DNA from: Candidatus Saccharimonadota bacterium
GTDB lineage: Bacteria; Pseudomonadota; Gammaproteobacteria; Enterobacterales; Enterobacteriaceae
Direction of reading: 5' to 3'
DNA: 32,000 nucleotides
NCBI RefSeq assembly: GCF_900128735.1
Contig: NZ_LT667503.1
Span: 150,001-182,000 of the forward strand
Part shown: positions 27,746-32,000 of the stretch, piece by piece
How the letters are laid out: each line of letters opens with the position of its first letter
Position numbering within the stretch: position 1 is the stretch's first letter
Made by a program: the position numbers and the translations under genes
The notes under the pieces: model-generated
Database searches by the model: none
The model's input: only the letters and a program-made list of their open reading frames with translations
Told to the model about the DNA's origin: nothing

Positions 27746-28462
27746 ATGGATATTATATTAATGAAAGATATGATTAAAGCTGGAGTCCATTTTGGACATC
27801 AAACAAGATTTTGGAATCCAAAAATGAAACCGTTTATTTTTGGTACTCAAAATAAAGTACATATTATCAATTTAGAGAAAACGTTACCTTTATTTCAAAG
27901 AGCTATTATAGAATTAAAGAATATTGTTAAAAATAATGGCAAAATATTATTTATAGGAACCAAAAGGGCGGCAAGTCATTTAGTGAAAGAATCAGCTATT
28001 TTATGTAAACAATTTTATGTAAATAAACGTTGGTTAGGTGGTATGTTGACAAATTGGAAAACGGTTAGACAATCTATTAAAAAGTTAAAAGATTTAGAAA
28101 TACAGTCAAAGGATGGGACATTTGAAAAATTAACAAAAAAAGAAGCATTATTAAGGGTACGTTATTTACGAAAATTAGAAAATAGTTTAGGAGGAATTAA
28201 AAACATGGGTGGTTTACCGGACGCAATATTTGTAATAGATACAACGCATGAGAATATTTCAATACAGGAAGCTAATAATTTAGGTATTCCAGTTTTTGCG
28301 ATTGTGGATACTAATTCTAGTCCTGATGGTGTCAACTATATAATTCCTGGAAATGATGATGCTATTAGATCTATAAAATTATATTTAAATGTAATTACTT
28401 TAGAATTATTAAAAAACTATTCACAAAAAAATGTGCTGAAATTTAATAATAATAATATATAA
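27746..28462 (+). CDS. rpsB: 30S ribosomal protein S2
   Basis: 238-aa [106 protein letters not shown] and [10 protein letters not shown] are present. A GAGGGG SD lies at 27736-27741. Confidence 0.98.
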   Translation: MDIILMKDMIKAGVHFGHQTRFWNPKMKPFIFGTQNKVHIINLEKTLPLFQRAIIELKNIVKNNGKILFIGTKRAASHLVKESAILCKQFYVNKRWLGGMLTNWKTVRQSIKKLKDLEIQSKDGTFEKLTKKEALLRVRYLRKLENSLGGIKNMGGLPDAIFVIDTTHENISIQEANNLGIPVFAIVDTNSSPDGVNYIIPGNDDAIRSIKLYLNVITLELLKNYSQKNVLKFNNNNI

Positions 28463-28600
28463 AAATATTTATTTTTTATTAATTATGATGAATATTAATA
28501 TTAAGTTTAATATTTATTAATTTTTAGTAATATAATATTAGTGAGGATGTTCATCAGATTAAATAAGATAAAATATTTTTATTTTCTTAAGGAAAAAGAA

Positions 28601-29407
28601 ATGGATAATTTATTAATTTTAATTAAAGAGTTACGGAAAAAAACGGGATCAGGATTAATGGATTGTAAAAAAGCTTTAATACAATCTCATGGCGATCTAA
28701 AAAAAGCTATAGATTATTTAAGAACATCTGGAATATGTTTAGCTTTAAATAAATCTTCGAATAAAACCAAAGAAGGTTGTGTATTTTCTTTTATAAATAA
28801 TTCGATCGGATTTTTATTAGAATTAAATGCAGAAACAGATTTTGTGACTAATACGATGGAATTTAAGAATTTTGGTCAAGATCTAGTAAATTATGCCGGG
28901 CAAAAGAACATCGATGATATTAGTAGTTTACAAAAAATTTTTAAAAAAAAATTATTAGAATTAATCAATAAAGTTTCAGAGAATATTATTATTCATAGGA
29001 TTAAAAAAATTTCTGGTAATCATATAGTTTCATATATTCATATGAATAAAATCGGTGTTTTAGTAACATCTCCCTTAGTTAAATTATCATCAGAGCAAAA
29101 AGAATGTATGAAAAATATAGCTATGCATATTGTAGCTTCTAATCCATTATGTTTGAAAAAAGAAGACATGCCAAAAAGAATTATAGATCATGAATTCTTA
29201 ATTCAAACTGAAGTTGCAAAGAAAATTGGCAAACCACCTTTGTTATTAGATCGAATCATTGCAGGGCGGATGAAAAAATTTATTAATAATAATACTTTGT
29301 TAGATCAAAATTTTGCAATGGATAATAAAAAAAGTGTTCAAGAATATTTAAAAGAACATAATGTTGTATTATCTAATTTTATTAGATTGCAAATAGGGGT
29401 AAAATAA
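28601..29407 (+). CDS. tsf: elongation factor Ts (short C-terminus)
   Basis: The ORF-track start at 28541 is a GTG with a 20-aa low-complexity extension. The ATG at 28601 is preceded by AAGGA (28589-28593) and gives [26 protein letters not shown], versus E. coli [42 protein letters not shown] and IAGRMKKF are also present. It ends near E. coli position about 265, so it lacks the last roughly 20 residues. Confidence 0.94.
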   Translation: [268 protein letters not shown]

Positions 29408-29964
29408 TATCTGAAAAATCCAGTATAATATAGAATTTAGTGATTATTTTTTGATTTTTTTATTTTTAAAATTTTTCTTATTTATAAATGAATAGAATAT
29501 TCTTTTTCTTTAATTATGAATTGTTAGGATCAGAATCTTAAAGTGTATTAATTTAATTGAAATAATTATTGATAATGATAATAAATAAGATTTTATTTTT
29601 TATCAGTGATATTAAATTTTAACTAATGATAAAAAATTTTATTTTTTTTTAAAAAATAAAATGATATATTATTTTTATATTGTTTAAATATTATAAAATA
29701 GAACTCACTTGAGTAAAACAAATATTTTTTTTTAAAAAAATATATTTAAATAAATTAGTATTTAGAACATAAAAAAGATTGATATTAAATTTAATAGAAA
29801 ATTTTTCATTTTTATGATGAATAATAATAAAAAAATCAACATAATTAAGTATTATTTTTATAATTAAATAAATAAAGTTACTATAGATTACTTGCATGAA
29901 AAAACTGCTGTTATCGATATTCTATATGAATTAGTAAAAATATTTATATAAGGATTAATCAAAT

Positions 29965-30522
29965 ATGATTTCTTCAATACAAGAATTTGTTTATATCTCG
30001 ATGGGTAAGTGTATTAGCGTTTTTCAAAATAATTTAAGTAATATACGGGCTAATAATATATCTCCTGCATTATTGAAAAATATTTATATAGAATATTATG
30101 GAGTAAAAACTTCTTTATTTCAATTATCTAATATAGTGACAGAAGATAATAAAACATTAAAGTTAACATTATTTGATCTCTCGATAAAAAGTAAAGTAGA
30201 AAAAGCTATTATAGATTCGAATTTAGGTTTTAATCCGATTTCTACGGATTCGACTATTCGTATTTCTATCCCAATTTTGTCTGAAGAAAGAAGAAAAAAT
30301 TTAATTAAAATTATTCGAAAAGATTCTGAATATACTAAGGTTGCAGTGAGAAACATTAGGCGTGATGCACATGAAAAGTTAAAAATTTTTTTAAAAGATA
30401 AAAAAATTACCAAAGATTTAGTACGAGTTTGTAAAAAAGAAATTCAAGAGTATACAGATTTATTTATAAAAAAAGTTAATAATATAGTAAATTTAAAAGA
30501 AAAAGAATTAATAACTATATAA
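29965..30522 (+). CDS. frr: ribosome recycling factor
   Basis: 185-aa ORF, the same length as E. coli Frr. MGKCISVFQNNLSNIRANNISPALL, IEYYGVKTSL, LGFNPIS, PILSEERRKNLIKI and VAVRNIRRDAHEK are present. AAGGA SD lies about 10 nt upstream. Confidence 0.96.
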   Translation: MISSIQEFVYISMGKCISVFQNNLSNIRANNISPALLKNIYIEYYGVKTSLFQLSNIVTEDNKTLKLTLFDLSIKSKVEKAIIDSNLGFNPISTDSTIRISIPILSEERRKNLIKIIRKDSEYTKVAVRNIRRDAHEKLKIFLKDKKITKDLVRVCKKEIQEYTDLFIKKVNNIVNLKEKELITI

Positions 30523-30846
30523 GAATCTATAAAATATAAAATTATAATCAGTTATAAAATTATTAAGTGCTATTTTTTTAATAAATTTTATATTTGATTC
30601 AAGTGATATCATTTTTTTTAATAAATAAATGAACCTTTTTTATTTAAAAAGTAGTTTTTAAATGATAATATTTAATCAATTAAATACATTCAGAGCAATA
30701 ATATTTTTTAACGTACTTTTTTTTATTTTTAAGTGAATTACATATCTATATATTACTTAAGAAATAACAGTACTATAAAAAACATTGTATTAAAACTTGT
30801 AATGATATTTTTTTTTAATTAATGATAAATAAATAAGTATAATAAA

Positions 30847-32000
30847 TATGTTTGATAAAATTTTTGTTTTTTTAGGTATATTATTTTTTTCTACTACTAT
30901 TTTTCCTGTCAAATCGTGTGGTATTACGCGTATTTATTTTCATGGAATACAGCACTCGGCTAAATCAAAAATTGTAAGAAAAATGATGGTAAATCATAAT
31001 CGTCATTATTCTTCTAAAGACATTATTAAAAAAATAGAAAAATTGTTTAATACAAATTATTTTATTAATATACGTGTTAAAAAAATAAAAAATTCATTTT
31101 TTTTTTATGTAACAGAATATCCAAAAATCAAAAAAATATATTTTTCTGGAAATCATATTTTTTCAAATCTTTTTTTAAAAAATAGGCTACGTCAATTTAA
31201 TATGATGAAAAATGATTCTTTTGATATTAATAAATATAATCGTTTTTTGTTTTTTTTAAAGCAATGTTATTTTAATTGCGGTATATTTGGTGTGCATATT
31301 GAACCTTTATTAGTTAAATCTTTAAATAATACAGTATTTATTAAAATAAAAATTAATGAAAATCCTTATTTTAATTTATCTAAAATTCAAATTAAAGGTA
31401 ATAAAACTTTTTCTGAATCTTTTATTTTTAAAAAATTTTTTCCATTGTACAGACCTATTTTTTTGCGCGGTTGGTTACAAAAACAATATACTTTTAACGA
31501 ATTGAAAAAATATTTGTTAAATTTAAAAAATTTTTATAAAAAAAATGGATTTTTAAATATAAAAATTAATAGATTAAAATTCTTTGAAGATAAAGATCGC
31601 AATAATATTTCAGTTATAATTATTTTAAATGAAGGTAAAAAGTATCAATTTAAAAAAATTGTTATTCATCAATTTAAATCATTATTTTTTAATAAAAATG
31701 AAAATAAAAAATATATTTTGATTCCTAGTTCTAAGTTTAATTCATCCGGTATACCTTTATTGAAGCAAAAAATAAAAAGACTTTATGCTAAAATAGGTTT
31801 TTCTAATACAAAAATTTTTATGCATTATGATATTGATGAAAAAAATAGCTCTGTTATTTTAAAGATCTTTGTTTATCCTCAGCGTCAGTTTTTTATAAAT
31901 AATATTTATTTTTCTGGAAATAAAAAGTCTAAATATTTATTTTTAAGAAAAGTGATAAATCAATCTAAATATGCATATTTAAATAAATATTCTTTAAAAG
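30847..32000 (+). CDS. bamA: outer membrane protein assembly factor BamA (signal peptide + POTRA domains; 3' part beyond window)
   Basis: Absent from the ORF track because there is no in-window stop. Manual translation from the ATG at 30847 is open to the window end: MFDKIFVFLGILFFSTTIFPVKSCGITRIYFHGIQHSAKSKIV... POTRA starts align with E. coli BamA: ITRIYFHG with VKDIHFEG, IKKIYFSGNHIFS with IASITFSGNKSVK, LSKIQIKGNKTFS with IQQINIVGNHAFT, and INNIYFSGNKKSKYLFLRKVI with [21 protein letters not shown]. It is very divergent and Lys/Asn/Phe-rich. Its position downstream of frr matches the E. coli frr...bamA row. Confidence 0.85.

Noticed and set aside
29691-29897. A 68-aa minus-strand ORF in the tsf-frr spacer, considered as a possible pyrH remnant or new gene.
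   Set aside because: It is on the wrong strand for pyrH. Its Ile/Asn/Phe/Lys-rich sequence shows no similarity to UMP kinase motifs, and it has no SD.
1466-30413. Sixteen ORFs of 61-100 aa in the supplied track lie nested inside, or at the start edge of, the annotated genes on the opposite strand: 1466-1744, 2385-2609, 6663-6848, 8004-8192, 10470-10658, 16174-16416, 16468-16659, 18655-18957, 19395-19592, 19806-20090, 20301-20528, 22061-22246, 22407-22613, 23702-23899, 24655-24894 and 30120-30413.
   Set aside because: All are shadow ORFs opposite strongly conserved genes. Their translations are low-complexity (Phe/Ile/Leu/Ser-rich) with no recognisable motifs. The sense-strand genes fully explain the sequence.
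30847-30921. A Cys after the BamA signal peptide (TIFPVKSCG), considered as a lipobox that would make BamA a lipoprotein.
   Set aside because: V-K-S-C does not fit the [LVI][ASTVI][GAS]C lipobox because Lys sits at position -2. It is more likely an ordinary signal peptide with divergent sequence.
1-32000. I searched by eye for tRNA/rRNA genes, CRISPR repeats, IS elements or terminal inverted repeats, integrases, phage genes, toxin-antitoxin pairs and defence-system-like operons.
   Set aside because: None was found. No spacer has the G/C-rich about 75-nt profile of a tRNA, and there are no regularly spaced direct repeats. Every ORF longer than 110 aa is a recognisable housekeeping gene. The window looks like core genome with no accessory island.

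Overview
This is a core-genome segment from an extremely A/T-rich, highly reduced gamma-proteobacterial endosymbiont. By eye it is about 80% A+T, and the spacers are almost pure A/T. Gene content and order fit Buchnera aphidicola best, probably one of the most reduced lineages such as those from Lachninae/Cinara aphids; that assignment is from memory, not a database search. I can support 21 protein-coding genes, all housekeeping and all apparently intact: thrC-thrB-thrA (-), pcnB (-), dksA (-), truA (+), secA (+), aceE-aceF-lpdA (+), erpA (-), ftsZ-ftsA (-), rsmH (-), ilvH-ilvI (-), dapD (-), map (-), rpsB-tsf (+), frr (+) and bamA (+). thrC and bamA run off the window edges, are missing from the ORF track, and were found by manual translation. 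I see no tRNA, rRNA, CRISPR array, IS or transposon, phage, integrase, toxin-antitoxin or defence-like genes. I therefore find no evidence for a novel accessory system here and do not claim one. The interesting signals are genome-erosion signatures. (1) The 11-gene mur/fts peptidoglycan block between rsmH and ftsA is reduced to a 1.17-kb ORF-free spacer, while ftsA and ftsZ persist. (2) pyrH and dxr-ispU-cdsA-rseP are missing from the otherwise syntenic rpsB...bamA row. (3) The FtsA phosphate-2 ATP-binding loop DIGGGTMD has eroded to DIGREIIN, and every change is a single G/C->A/T step. (4) Both glycine-rich ACT regulatory loops of ThrA are erased, one replaced by Asn5, whereas the IlvH ACT domain is almost unchanged. 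(5) SecA lacks its C-terminal zinc finger. (6) map contains an in-frame A15 homopolymer, and several other genes carry A10-A11 tracts. (7) A few G/C-containing stem-loops stand out in the spacers. By my coordinates about 6.2 kb (about 19%) of the window is non-coding. Promoter calls are not attempted because -10/-35-like hexamers occur everywhere at this composition.
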